Shown: positions 34,339 through 44,495, counted from the first letter of the stretch. The stretch is DNA of 64,000 nucleotides from Candidatus Heimdallarchaeota archaeon (GCA_019058275.1 JAHLVW010000103.1:66186-130185); one strand, 5' to 3'. Notes: generated by a model not told the origin, from the sequence alone. Numbers and translations: made by a program.

Positions 34339-35186
34339 TAGCTAAAAAGAAAAATCCTAATCGGGAGTCGTTAAATCTGGCTATATGCGGGAACACCGCT
34401 GAAAAGCACTCCTCAGAAAGGAAAAATGTTCTTTCCAATAGCGACAATCCGCAGGAAATCTGAACAGTCCCCTATCTTAACACAAAAAGAATTTAGAAGA
34501 ATGACCAAAAAAAGAAAGAGATGAAAAAACCATGTTACGAAGAGCAAGAAATCAATCAGCAAAAAACACTTATCTCTGCGGTCTGATCGATGGTGAAGGA
34601 TCATTCAGCATCAGTATCAAACCACACAACACAACAAGATTTGGATGGGTAATAGATCCAACATTCAGCGTAACATTAGAACAAGAAGCAGAGCACGTGC
34701 TCAGAGCACTGCAACAAGCACTAACATGTGGAAGAATAATAACCAAACCTGGACAACCAAACTGCAAACTCTTCATAGAAGAAAGTAGAAGAAACATAGC
34801 AGAAAAAATCATCCCATTCTTCGAACGATACCCTCTAGAAATAAAAACAAAAAGTTTCAAACATTTCAAAGAAGTAGTCGAAAGACTAGAAAACAAAGAA
34901 CACAGAGAAGCAGAAACATTCCTAAGACTAGCAGTATATGCATTCAGTCATAAGGAACACAAAGGAACAAGAAAATACACAATAGAAGACATCCTAGAAA
35001 CCATGAAAAAAAAACCAGAGAACGCAGAAGAAATAGTAAGAAAAGAAATGGAAAAAATAGCGAGAAAAAAACAAGATAGTAGGACATAAGAGATCCCCAG
35101 AGACTATACGCCAGACACCAAACAACTGGTGAGAAACCATGCGCGGTGAAGATATAGTCCGGCGATAATTAATTGAAATATCGTTG
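34339..35186 (+). mobile_element. Group I intron at L1923 (E. coli numbering)
   Basis: Exons rejoin as GACTCT|CTGAAGGTAGCC; IGS GGAGTC; P3 TCTGGC/GCCAGA; P ATGCGGGAA, Q AATCCGCAG, R CAGAGACTATA, S AAGATATAGTCC; terminal G. Confidence 0.9.
34532..35089 (+). CDS. Single-motif LAGLIDADG homing endonuclease (I-CeuI-like)
   Basis: YLCGLIDGEGSF and FGWVIDPTFSVT; IIPFFE.YPL..K; lies between intron elements Q and R. Confidence 0.92.
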   Translation: MLRRARNQSAKNTYLCGLIDGEGSFSISIKPHNTTRFGWVIDPTFSVTLEQEAEHVLRALQQALTCGRIITKPGQPNCKLFIEESRRNIAEKIIPFFERYPLEIKTKSFKHFKEVVERLENKEHREAETFLRLAVYAFSHKEHKGTRKYTIEDILETMKKKPENAEEIVRKEMEKIARKKQDSRT

Positions 35187-35701
35187 CTGAAGGTAGCCAA
35201 ATGCCTTGTCAGATAAGTACTGACGTGCATGAACGGATCAATGACCTCCCCACTGTCCCCACCGTCTACCGAGTGAACCCACTAGCCAGCGAACAGTCTG
35301 GCACCAACCAGCGGGAAGAGAAGACCCCGTGGAGTTTTACTGCAGCCTGTGCCTGTTTTACGGGTAACGATACATAGTGTAGCCAGGAGCGTCGAACCAA
35401 ATTCTCAGGGATTTGGGAAGCAAAAATGAAACACTGGCTTTCGCAGCTTGTATGACTAACTCCTTTCGAGGAGGACAAGTATTGGTGGGCAGTTTAGCTG
35501 GGGCGGCTGCGCTTGAAAAGATATCGAGCGTGTCCAAAGGTTAGCTCAGGGGGGACAGAAACCCTCCGTAGAGTACAAGAATAAAAGCTAGCTTGACAGG
35601 ATTCTTTCCCATAGGGAATTCTGGAACGAAAGTTTGGTCTAGCGATCTGTCGAGACTTCTCGTTGAGGTCCGGCAGCGGCAGAAAAATTACCCCGGGGGT
35701 A

Positions 35702-35890
35702 AGGAGTGATACTAGTGCACGACAGAAATAATATGAAATATTATTATGAAATTCTTTGGGAATAATCAATTAATTACTGATTACCACAGGATTGCTATTT
35801 GTTGGGTAAATTAACTAGCTATTTCTAACATAAAGTAGAATAGTTTGGCGACAGCAAGAAGCATCCAAAGCACTAATACACTCTCCCCAA
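35702..35890 (+). other. BHB-type rRNA intron between positions 2450/2451 (189 nt)
   Basis: Exons rejoin as GGGGGTA|ACAGAGTCGTC; GGGG/CCCC helix with TAA and AAA bulges; inner stem GGAGTG/CACTCT and TAGTGC/GCACTA. Confidence 0.85.
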
Positions 35891-35917
35891 ACAGAGTCGT
35901 CGCAGGCGAGAGCTCAC

Positions 35918-35986
35918 CAGCTCTCCAGAAACATGTTACCGCTGATTAAAGAAACGATCTAGGTTCACGTTCTGGAGGCAGAGTAT
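35918..35986 (+). other. BHB-type rRNA intron after position ~2477 (69 nt)
   Basis: Exons rejoin as GAGAGCTCAC|ATCGACCC; GCTC/GAGT helix with ACC and ATA bulges; stem CTCCAGAA/TTCTGGAG. Confidence 0.82.
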
Positions 35987-36074
35987 ATCGACCCTGCGGC
36001 TTGCTACCTCGATGTCGGCTCTTCCTCTCCTGGCGCCGCACAAGACGCCTAGGGTAGGGTTGTACGCCCATTAA

Positions 36075-36117
<43 letters not shown>

Positions 36118-36168
36118 ATTCTTTCTACTGGTTGTGCTGGGAAATTGAGGGTAGGGCCGGGTCGGTAC

Positions 36169-36230
36169 ATCGTACGAGGTGTACGCTCAGAAGCTACAAG
36201 CAATAGTTTAGTAGCCTCTTACGAGCCAAA
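36169..36230 (+). other. BHB-like rRNA intron in the sarcin-ricin loop (2658/2659, 62 nt)
   Basis: Exons rejoin as GGTAC|GAGAGGACC; stem TCGTACGAGG/CCTCTTACGA; ACA and AAG bulges. Confidence 0.82.
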
Positions 36231-36357
36231 GAGAGGACCCCCCCGTCGGCGCCTCTAGTCTACCGGTTGTCTGATAAGGCATCGCCGGGCAGCCACGCGC
36301 CAAGCGATAACAGCTGAAAGCATCTAAGCTGGAAGCGCGTCCTGAAACGAATTTCCC

Positions 36358-36479
36358 ACTCTGGCGACAATTTGGAAAGGTTTGGATTCGCATGCTGAGC
36401 GAATCTGTTTTACAATCACTATGTTTCGTTGGACTTTTCCATGCATGGGGCTGGTGACAGCAACGTGTCGTCGTTAGAC
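36358..36479 (+). other. Enlarged expansion segment ES39 (H98 region)
   Basis: ~120 nt between TTTCCC and GAAGG; closing stem TCTGGCGAC/GTCGTTAGA; internal hairpin GGATTCGC/GCGAATCT. Confidence 0.75.
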
Positions 36480-36579
36480 GAAGGTACGGATACAAGATCC
36501 GTTTGAAAGGCCTGTGGTGTACGCGTCGAGTCTTCGGGCGAGATGCTCAGCCAGCAGGTACTTAACACCTAAGCGTGTC

Positions 36580-36619
36580 ATTACCGAAATGGACTTCTAG
36601 ACCTTAAAGAAGAAGTGTG
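36580..36619 (+). promoter_or_regulatory. 23S 3' trailer with processing-stem arm (resident copy of the array repeat)
   Basis: ATTACCGAAATGGACTTCTAGACCTTAAAGAAGAAGTGTG pairs with 32266-32290. Confidence 0.85.
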
Positions 36620-36666
36620 AGTCCGAGCATCAATCATGTTTATAAAACTAGGGGGAAAAAATTCGT

Positions 36667-37407
36667 TTGACTACTGTAGAAGTTAAACAAGAACTGGGAT
36701 TAAGAAATAATCGAATTTTAGAAATCAAAATTGGATTTATCTTACTTGTTGTTTTCACTTGTTTATCTGTTATCTCTGCTATTCTATTCATCAATCATTT
36801 ATGGTCTTCGAATATTGATTTACAATATAGTGTTGTATTTGTCTTTGAACTTATCAAATTAATTCTCATTACTGTTGTTGCTTTTATGTTTTATTTAGGC
36901 TTTTCTAAAATTATCCATCTATTTCAAAAGAAATCCAAACATACAATTCTTTTCCTTAAGATAACCTTTTCAATTTATCTAGTCGTATACTTTGTTCTTT
37001 CTTTTATCTATCTTATTTATTCCTTTGATAATATTTCCAGTGAGAATGTTGCAAATCTCTTAGGTAAGGATCTTGTTTCCATGCTTGTTTTGATTATCCT
37101 TTTCCTTTTGCTTAGTATTCTACTCCAGAGAGAATTCAGAACTCTTAAATCCCGTCTTTTTCTTTCTTTCCAATCACTTCTTACTTTCTTAATCATCCCT
37201 GCCACTTTTGCTTGTATTTTTCTCTTTACATATAATGACTATGCTCGACAGATAAATGATAATTGGCACTTGTACTTTATCATTGAAACTCAAATTGGTT
37301 TGTCTTTCTTCTTCTTTTATTCCCTTGTCGTTGTTGTTTCTTCAATTATCTTTTTATTCTTCCTCAATCGTGTATCGGAACAAGTTTCTCCTTATTCGGA
37401 CTTCTAG
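36667..37407 (+). CDS. Multi-pass membrane protein (cassette 1)
   Basis: About six TM segments; the stop TAG lies inside the following repeat. Confidence 0.75.
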   Translation: MTTVEVKQELGLRNNRILEIKIGFILLVVFTCLSVISAILFINHLWSSNIDLQYSVVFVFELIKLILITVVAFMFYLGFSKIIHLFQKKSKHTILFLKITFSIYLVVYFVLSFIYLIYSFDNISSENVANLLGKDLVSMLVLIILFLLLSILLQREFRTLKSRLFLSFQSLLTFLIIPATFACIFLFTYNDYARQINDNWHLYFIIETQIGLSFFFFYSLVVVVSSIIFLFFLNRVSEQVSPYSDF

Positions 37408-37448
37408 CCCTTAAAGAGGAAGTGTGTGCAGAGATTCTACATTTTTTT
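37398..37448 (+). repeat. 23S 3'-trailer repeat
   Basis: GGACTTCTAGCCCTTAAAGAGGAAGTGTGTGCAGAGATTCTACATTTTTTT. Confidence 0.92.
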
Positions 37449-37559
37449 GTTATTTTACTTTGTTAAACTAAAATTAATTTGAGAAGAAATTTTAGTAATT
37501 TACTTTTCATTGAAAAACTAATAAACATTGAAAACGTAATAATATTGGAGAGGTTAATT

Positions 37560-38108
37560 TTGAGTAATGAAAATCAGTTTACACATAAAAGTAAACCTAC
37601 ACGAGTTATAAATAAACCATTTGTTTATTTGAATTCTGCAGCAATAACTCTTAGTTTATTTGCAATGATTTGTCTTCCACTTTTTGCTTTTGCTTATTGG
37701 GCGCATCCTCCAGGTGAAATTCATCCTGATGTAATTGTAGAATTTAAATTGCATTTTGGATCATCCTCCTGGACTTCTTTAGCATTACTATTCTTATTCC
37801 TCACATTTTTGCTTTGTTTAATAATATCAATTATCTTATTATTACATTCTATAGGAATACTCTTTCTTCGATTTCCTCCAAAGAAAAATAGCTTGTTAGG
37901 ATTCATACCATCATATACAGCTTTAACCATAACAGTGACTTTCACAATAGTTTTTGCACAATATTCTGTAATTGTACCTTGGCATCTATCTTTTTGCTTT
38001 TATTCTTCCTTAATTTGTTCTCTAGTGCTTATGCTTCTCTTTCTTCTCCAAATGACCAAAAAACCTATTTTCAAGACTTCTGCGAACATTCCCCGAATTA
38101 TTAATTAG
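37560..38108 (+). CDS. Four-TM membrane protein, paralog of 56969-57526
   Basis: PFVYLNS, LRFPPKK, LLGFIPS, PW.LSFCFYSSLICSL; TTG start after GGAGAGG. Confidence 0.8.
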   Translation: MSNENQFTHKSKPTRVINKPFVYLNSAAITLSLFAMICLPLFAFAYWAHPPGEIHPDVIVEFKLHFGSSSWTSLALLFLFLTFLLCLIISIILLLHSIGILFLRFPPKKNSLLGFIPSYTALTITVTFTIVFAQYSVIVPWHLSFCFYSSLICSLVLMLLFLLQMTKKPIFKTSANIPRIIN

Positions 38109-38130
38109 CTTAGTTTGTCTGATTATTTTC

Positions 38131-38172
38131 ACCTTAAAGAAGAAGTGTGTGCAGTGATTCTACATTTTTTTT
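38131..38172 (+). repeat. 23S 3'-trailer repeat
   Basis: ACCTTAAAGAAGAAGTGTGTGCAGTGATTCTACATTTTTTTT. Confidence 0.92.
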
Positions 38173-38174
38173 CA

Positions 38175-38656
38175 TTATTTTGTATAAGTTTCAAATAGAT
38201 TCCAAAAAACTTCTCTTGCTTTTTTCAATCCCTTATCAAAATAAACAGCACCAATTATTGCTTCTAAGCAATCAACATACAATTCATCGGATATTAACCA
38301 CTGACTGGTTGTAAGTCGATTTTTACTCCAAATACATAATCTGCTAAATTTATTTTTTTAGCTATTTTAACTAGATTTTCATTGTCAGTATATTTTTTCT
38401 TGAATTTTTTCATTTCATGTTTTGTTTTCAAATCTTCTTGATAACCTCTTTCTATTGCTAAAAAACCAATTAATGCATTACCAACTTTTTCTAAAGAATC
38501 TTGATTAATTCCATTCCATTTGAAATCTACATCTGAACAATCTTTTGTTAGAAGAGCTTTCATAAGTAAAACTCTATTCTTGAATTTGCAATCAATTTTT
38601 GTCATTAACTCATCCATTTTTCCTAATCTATCTTCTAAAATCATTGTTTTCGCCAT
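38175..38656 (-). pseudogene. RNase III catalytic-domain protein (no dsRBD), frameshifted
   Basis: F.N..LL.KAL, NQDSLEKVGN, N.NL..IA..INL.DY; shifted frame gives DCLEAIIGAVYFDKG; the shift is in a T-run. Confidence 0.75.
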
Positions 38657-38693
38657 TTTTTGTTATTTATATATTAAATTCATAATTACTAAT

Positions 38694-39458
38694 TCACACC
38701 CCTCTAATATTGTAAGGAGGTTTATAATTCATAATGCCCATACCATGATCGAATAAAACTACCATGTATTTTTGTGCAGGATAATTTGCTTTTCCCCAAT
38801 CAATGAAATCTTCCAATGTTTCTTGTGCACCCATGTTCAATTCACCTTTATTTATGCGGGTTACCTGTTAATTTGCTCCATAATAGCAATATTTGGAGGT
38901 GGCATCTGATAGATCTAAAAGAGAAATAAATTGCACATTTGTATTACTACCAAGGTTCTTTAGTATATTATCTTTGAATACTGCCCCTTCATGAACCACT
39001 GGATCTGAATCTCCATCCAAATAGAACATGATTGTCCATTGAGGAAGAGCTTTTACATTTACATAAGCAGTGTCATATTTATAACCATAAGAATCAGAGC
39101 TTTTACATTTGATCGAATAAGTTCCAGCAATATTTCGTGAAAAATCATAATATAGTGCTTGTCTATTTGACCAGTAAGAATATGATTTTACCAAAACTCC
39201 ATTAACATAGATATATGCTCTCCGAGAAGATGTGCTAGCACAAGAATAAGCAGTCCATGTTATTCTTACAGTCTCTCCAGTATACACAGTTTTATCTGAA
39301 GGTTTAGATAAAAATACTGGCCCAGGTGGAACATCAGGTGGGTCAATAATTATTCTACCATTTATTTTTATTGTACTCCATCCAACACTTAGACTTATAG
39401 TAGATAAGCAGATAACTAAAAAAATCAACTTTTTTTGTTTGTTTACCACAAATTTCAC
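38694..39458 (-). pseudogene. Secreted clostripain-like (C11) peptidase, truncated
   Basis: WTIMFYLDGD; past TAA 38868-38870 reads ELNMG..ETL.DFI.W...NYPA.KY...LFDHG then ends. Confidence 0.75.
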
Positions 39459-39814
39459 CTTCCTTTGTTAAAAAAATAGTTTCTTTAAAAATAATAAATA
39501 CAATACTGCTTGTATAAGAATTCCCGCAAATAGTGTTTGATGATTAGTTAAAATTCCACAATTAGAAAGTTTTTAATGTATTTAATCTACCATATTTTTA
39601 TAACATTGTTGGGGTTTATTTTATGGAATCAAGTAAAAAATTCTGCCTTTTTTGTGGTCAAGAAAATTATTCAATGATTTGACAATATTTAATTTCTTTT
39701 ATTTACTTTTTCTTTTCACTTCTCATGCCTTGGGATTTTCTTTAGTTAATGCTTTTCTGGAGTTATGTCACTATTACTAATGGTTAATTTTCTATAAAAA
39801 AATGAAGAAGGAAG

Positions 39815-40513
39815 TTAGATTACAACACAACTTCCACCTACAAACCAAGCTCCTGGGGGTAGGTATACAGTGCAATATTCCTCAGTATAATAATTGAACA
39901 CACAATAATAATAGTAATCAAAGTCATCCTGTCCAAATCCATTAGTATATGGTCCATAGGTGTTTTGATTCACAGTTGCTCGCAATCTTCCTCCACATAA
40001 TGATGATCCTGTTATTGTACAAATTCCTCCTTCAATTCCCATAACTTGTCCTGATGGATACATTCCCCAGTCACTCCCTGTTGCGGTATAATGATACAAA
40101 TCACCTTCAGTTGTTTTGGTCACAATCGTTTCGAAATATCTCCAACCTCCAGTATAAACATGTGTTACAAAGTTATAACCTAACCCAAAAGCATCAACAG
40201 TTTCTTTATAGCGATAAAGCTCCATATTTGATTCATAGAATATAAGATAAACTTCAGTTGTAGGATTGTATTTCTCGATCATTGAGAAATATACTTTGAA
40301 ATCATAATCTTCTGGTTCTGAACCTGTATCATAATTTTTCAAATATATATCCCATCTTCTAAGAGTTTGATAATAATTACTACCACCACCGCCACCACCT
40401 GGTCCTGGGTCTAGTAAAATGGGACCACTCTGAACGATAGTAATTAAACTACCTAGAAAAAATCCAATAATAAATATTGAAAATAGAAATCCTTTTCTAC
40501 TACTTTTTTTCAA
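39815..40513 (-). CDS. Secreted hypothetical protein
   Basis: Signal peptide, PGPGGGGG linker, Tyr/Gly-rich. Confidence 0.65.
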   Translation of the reverse strand: MKKSSRKGFLFSIFIIGFFLGSLITIVQSGPILLDPGPGGGGGGSNYYQTLRRWDIYLKNYDTGSEPEDYDFKVYFSMIEKYNPTTEVYLIFYESNMELYRYKETVDAFGLGYNFVTHVYTGGWRYFETIVTKTTEGDLYHYTATGSDWGMYPSGQVMGIEGGICTITGSSLCGGRLRATVNQNTYGPYTNGFGQDDFDYYYYCVFNYYTEEYCTVYLPPGAWFVGGSCVVI

Positions 40514-40794
40514 ATGTTATCTTCCTCCTTCTTTTTTTATATTAAAAGACAATTCCTATCTGTGGAAGATTTTATGAAATCACAAATGACAAAAGTGATG
40601 GAATAAATAGAATCCAAAATTTGATTATATAAATTTCTTTTTTTAGAAAATTTATTTTTCACACCCTCTGGCTAGCTTTTTCTAATTTCCACTTTCTAAG
40701 AAGAGCCTTAAGAATAAAATTTTCAATTAAACTATTAAATTTATTGTAAAAAATCACATTTGTTATATTGAAAAAATTCTCAACCAAAATACTA

Positions 40795-40816
40795 TAGACC
40801 TTCAAGAGGAAGTGTG
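40795..40816 (+). repeat. 23S 3'-trailer repeat (core only)
   Basis: TAGACCTTCAAGAGGAAGTGTG. Confidence 0.8.
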
Positions 40817-40878
40817 GGTTAAAGGAATAATTATTAAGAGATACGCAAGAAAGAACCTCATTATCTCGATATATTTCA

Positions 40879-42189
40879 TTATTTGTGTTTAGATTTATGA
40901 CGTTTTCTGGCAACAAGAAGCATTAGTATTGTAAAGCTAGAAATTGAAACAAAGAAAGTAAATCTTGGTGTCGCTTCATATTCTAGAAGATCATATTCAT
41001 GGACATACTCTCGAAGAAGTTCGCATATTGTGTAGCATGCGTCCCTACCTTCATCCATGCCTTGATTCAAAAATGTGATTACTCCATAAGGAACAGATGT
41101 ATTTCCATCATAAAAACCATACGCTTTTGTGTGATAAGCCCAGGAATCCCCTTCTGTACCTCCCCAACCACCCCATTGTATAAGTGGATCCCATGGTGCG
41201 AGCCATGCAGTTTGCAGCTCAACCATTATTTGTAAGGTCTCTTCTTCTAAGATTCGTGTTCCGTTAGAAACGCCATTATGTAAGAATACAAGTAAAAATT
41301 TCGCTAAATCAAAAATATTGGATCGTAATCCACCACATCCATAATTTATCTGATTATAATGAGGATAGGCTTTATTTCCAGTGGATCCTGGATCTAGTTC
41401 AAACATGTAAATGTAAGGAATAGCAAGTTGAGTTAGCTCAAAATCAGTATAATTATACCCAGTATTATCCATCCCCAAAGGATCATAGATGTTGTGTTGT
41501 AAATATTCCCAGATTGGTTCTTCTGAGATTAGTTGTATTAGGTAACCTAAAACATCATAACCAAAATTAGAATAGACTCGAGTAGTCCCGGGTTCGTAAG
41601 GAGTCCAGACAACTGGGTCGTATAATGATCCATTAGGTGTAAGATATCCCTCTATCCAATTAGGATAAGGTAACCAATCAAATGGATTTTCCCACCCTAA
41701 CTCTTGGAGTACTTCCTCCATTACTCCAAACCAATACATGTCTGAATCTTTACTTAATCCGGATGTATGTTGTAGAAGCATTTTGATGGTTATTGGAGTA
41801 TTTGTGTAGTTGGGATGTCGGAAAGAAAATGGCAAATAATCATTAACGTCATCCTCTAATTGAATCACTCCTTGGTCATACAGCTGGAAAATAGCTGTTG
41901 CAGTAAAGGTTTTAGTAACGGAACCAATCATGTAAATAAGATCAAGTTCTTGTTGCTCTCCATATCCCTTAGCCCAGATAATTGAATTATTTCTAATAAC
42001 AGCAGAAGTAACAGACGGAATATAGGTTTGTTCCATAATATCTAATATTTGATCATCCACTTGGGGGTCAAATACCGGTAAGCAAGTTTCTTCACTTGAA
42101 CCATTTGAATTAGTAATTGGTTTTATCAAAATACTTGTTAGAATAAGCAATAGAAATAGAATCGGGCTCTTTTTTCTCATTTCTCTCAA
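40879..42189 (-). CDS. Serine hydrolase, beta-lactamase family, membrane-anchored
   Basis: GSVTK (SxxK), LL.HTSG, YSN, C-terminal TM. Confidence 0.9.
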   Translation of the reverse strand: MREMRKKSPILFLLLILTSILIKPITNSNGSSEETCLPVFDPQVDDQILDIMEQTYIPSVTSAVIRNNSIIWAKGYGEQQELDLIYMIGSVTKTFTATAIFQLYDQGVIQLEDDVNDYLPFSFRHPNYTNTPITIKMLLQHTSGLSKDSDMYWFGVMEEVLQELGWENPFDWLPYPNWIEGYLTPNGSLYDPVVWTPYEPGTTRVYSNFGYDVLGYLIQLISEEPIWEYLQHNIYDPLGMDNTGYNYTDFELTQLAIPYIYMFELDPGSTGNKAYPHYNQINYGCGGLRSNIFDLAKFLLVFLHNGVSNGTRILEEETLQIMVELQTAWLAPWDPLIQWGGWGGTEGDSWAYHTKAYGFYDGNTSVPYGVITFLNQGMDEGRDACYTICELLREYVHEYDLLEYEATPRFTFFVSISSFTILMLLVARKRHKSKHK

Positions 42190-42317
42190 TTCCTGTTAGA
42201 TTAATAATGCCAATTAATCCTATTTTTCAATAGCACAAAAACCAATATAAACATTCTCAAATTCGTGAGAATCAATTCTGAAAAACTATTTTTTCTTCTA
42301 ATCCGTTTATCCTTATA

Positions 42318-42390
42318 CTTCAGCGTGTCCTTCCCGAATCGTACTTCTAGCCCTTAAAGAAGAAGTGTGTGCAGGGATTCTACATTTTTT
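42318..42390 (+). repeat. 23S 3'-end/trailer repeat
   Basis: CTTCAGCGTGTCCTTCCCGAATCGTACTTCTAGCCCTTAAAGAAGAAGTGTGTGCAGGGATTCTACATTTTTT. Confidence 0.93.
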
Positions 42391-42540
42391 GACAAGTTAC
42401 ACTTTATTATACATGATATAGAAATATGAGTAATTAATTTTTTAATGAATAAAAAATATATTTGATATAGAAAGTGTGAACTCAAGTATCATTTCTTTAA
42501 TTGCTTGTGTTCGATTCTTTTCTGATGAGGAGTTAAAATT

Positions 42541-44328
42541 ATGAAAAGTGATAAGGGATTATGTACAAAATGTGACAAGGAGCTATGGGCTTCAAAAAAC
42601 GAATTGATTTGTCCAAACTGTAATAATTGGATTGATATTTCTGATGAAAAAATAGAACATTTTCAAAATTCAATAGATCTAACAAAACAAGAAATGAGAA
42701 AATTATTTAATGAAATTAGTTTCAATTTATTGTTAAAAAAATCAATAGACAAATTGGAATATGCAGCTAAGCGATTTTTGCTATCAAAAAACAATCTGGA
42801 GAATAGTTTATATTTAGTTAATGAATGGATCAAATTTTCATTAAATTTATTTTTAATATTTGATTTTCAAAAATCAACAAATTACTCGTTTCCAAATAGT
42901 GATACCAATTTGTTATTTTATTTTATTGAACTTGATAAATTTGCTAAGGAGTTCATTAAATTATGTAAACTTCATAAAAAAAATTTACATATCTTTAAAG
43001 ATGGAAATAAAGAAATTTCTTTAGTTCCTCCATCAAAACCAATCTTTACAACACCCCTATCAGTTCTCCAAATTCAAGCTCTTAATGCTGATTTAAATGT
43101 AGATATTCAATCATTAAAATCAATTACTAATTATTATTCTTTAATTGATACTAACTATTTTCCAACTCAATTTTTTAGACTAATTGGTATTTATTTATCA
43201 AATGGAATAGGTTTAGCAAAATACCTTATCACTAACAATAAAAATGAAGCAATAAAATTAATAGATTTATATTCTAAACTTCACAAAAAACTTGCTAAAT
43301 TACCTATAAAAAATACACATGTATTCACAAAAGAGAATTTTATAAAGCTATTTAGTAAAAAGACTTTAGAAGAAATGCTATTCTTTAGCAAAAAAGCAAA
43401 GTTTTCCTATAAAAATAGCATTAATTTTATACCAAACATTTTCCTAGAACTCTCTAAAAATCATGAAAAATCAATTCTTCCATTATTTTTTTCAAATAGA
43501 TTATTTGAAGAAATTCTACAAGCCAAAACTGATACTAAAATAATAGGAGAAGTTGCTACATTAAAAGGAATTTCTTTTGAGGATGAATTGTTTGGTTATT
43601 GTGAAACTCTAAATGTTGAAGGTGAATTTAATGGGCAGAAATTACTTCGTATTTCTAATCCAAATAAATCCTCAAAAATAAAAGAACTTGCAGATATGAT
43701 ATTTATTGGTAATAAAACTGGTTTTATCTATATAATTTCTGCAAAGTCACATACTGTTCTAACATTGAAATCATTGCACAAAGAACTTATTAAATATCAT
43801 CAAGAACAAAATCAAATTGAAGTAGGCTTAAAACATCTAGGTATCGATAATGATAAAATTCAATGGCTATTCATAACACCATTAACTTGGATACCATCAT
43901 TTAGAAACATTAAGATTTTTGATGTTATTCAAATGCTTGGTTTTTTAGCTAGTAAGGAAGGAATAAAAAAAATAAATTTGCACAATAAAGATGAAACATT
44001 AAAGCTTGATAATTTCGATAAATATGATCATTTCAATATTGAAAATAGAAGATTTTGTATTGAAATATGTAAAATTATTGACATAGATAAGAATGAATTG
44101 AAATTATGGATACAAAAACCTCAAATATATTTCGCGGAAATAAATGTAATAGTTCCTGATTTCTTAGATACTAATCATTTAAAAGTTGGTCAATGGATTA
44201 AGATTTTATTTGAATATAGAACTAAATACAGTAAACAAATTATATCTTATCATGAAGCAGAAATTTTATCTGAAGCTAAAGCATATAGTATTTTATTGAA
44301 AAGAAAAATTCTACCACCATATCCTTAA
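42541..44328 (+). CDS. Hypothetical protein: Zn ribbon plus possible PD-(D/E)XK/NERD-like domain
   Basis: CTKC...CPNC; G..FE..L, ELADMI, IISAKS. Confidence 0.55.
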   Translation: MKSDKGLCTKCDKELWASKNELICPNCNNWIDISDEKIEHFQNSIDLTKQEMRKLFNEISFNLLLKKSIDKLEYAAKRFLLSKNNLENSLYLVNEWIKFSLNLFLIFDFQKSTNYSFPNSDTNLLFYFIELDKFAKEFIKLCKLHKKNLHIFKDGNKEISLVPPSKPIFTTPLSVLQIQALNADLNVDIQSLKSITNYYSLIDTNYFPTQFFRLIGIYLSNGIGLAKYLITNNKNEAIKLIDLYSKLHKKLAKLPIKNTHVFTKENFIKLFSKKTLEEMLFFSKKAKFSYKNSINFIPNIFLELSKNHEKSILPLFFSNRLFEEILQAKTDTKIIGEVATLKGISFEDELFGYCETLNVEGEFNGQKLLRISNPNKSSKIKELADMIFIGNKTGFIYIISAKSHTVLTLKSLHKELIKYHQEQNQIEVGLKHLGIDNDKIQWLFITPLTWIPSFRNIKIFDVIQMLGFLASKEGIKKINLHNKDETLKLDNFDKYDHFNIENRRFCIEICKIIDIDKNELKLWIQKPQIYFAEINVIVPDFLDTNHLKVGQWIKILFEYRTKYSKQIISYHEAEILSEAKAYSILLKRKILPPYP

Positions 44329-44375
44329 TTTTTAGCTTTGAATCTTTTTTAAATGTATTTCATTGCCAAAATAAC

Positions 44376-44418
44376 CTCCTAAACTTTAAAGAAATGTATG
44401 CAGAGATTCCACATTTTT
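44376..44418 (+). repeat. Degenerate 23S trailer repeat
   Basis: CTTTAAAGAAATGTATGCAGAGATTCCACATTTTT. Confidence 0.7.
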
Positions 44419-44495
44419 CGTTTTTTTATACCTAGTTGTTGTTAGGTTTATTTGAAGAAAAACAAAAAGAAGAACATTACAAAAAATAGATTCTA

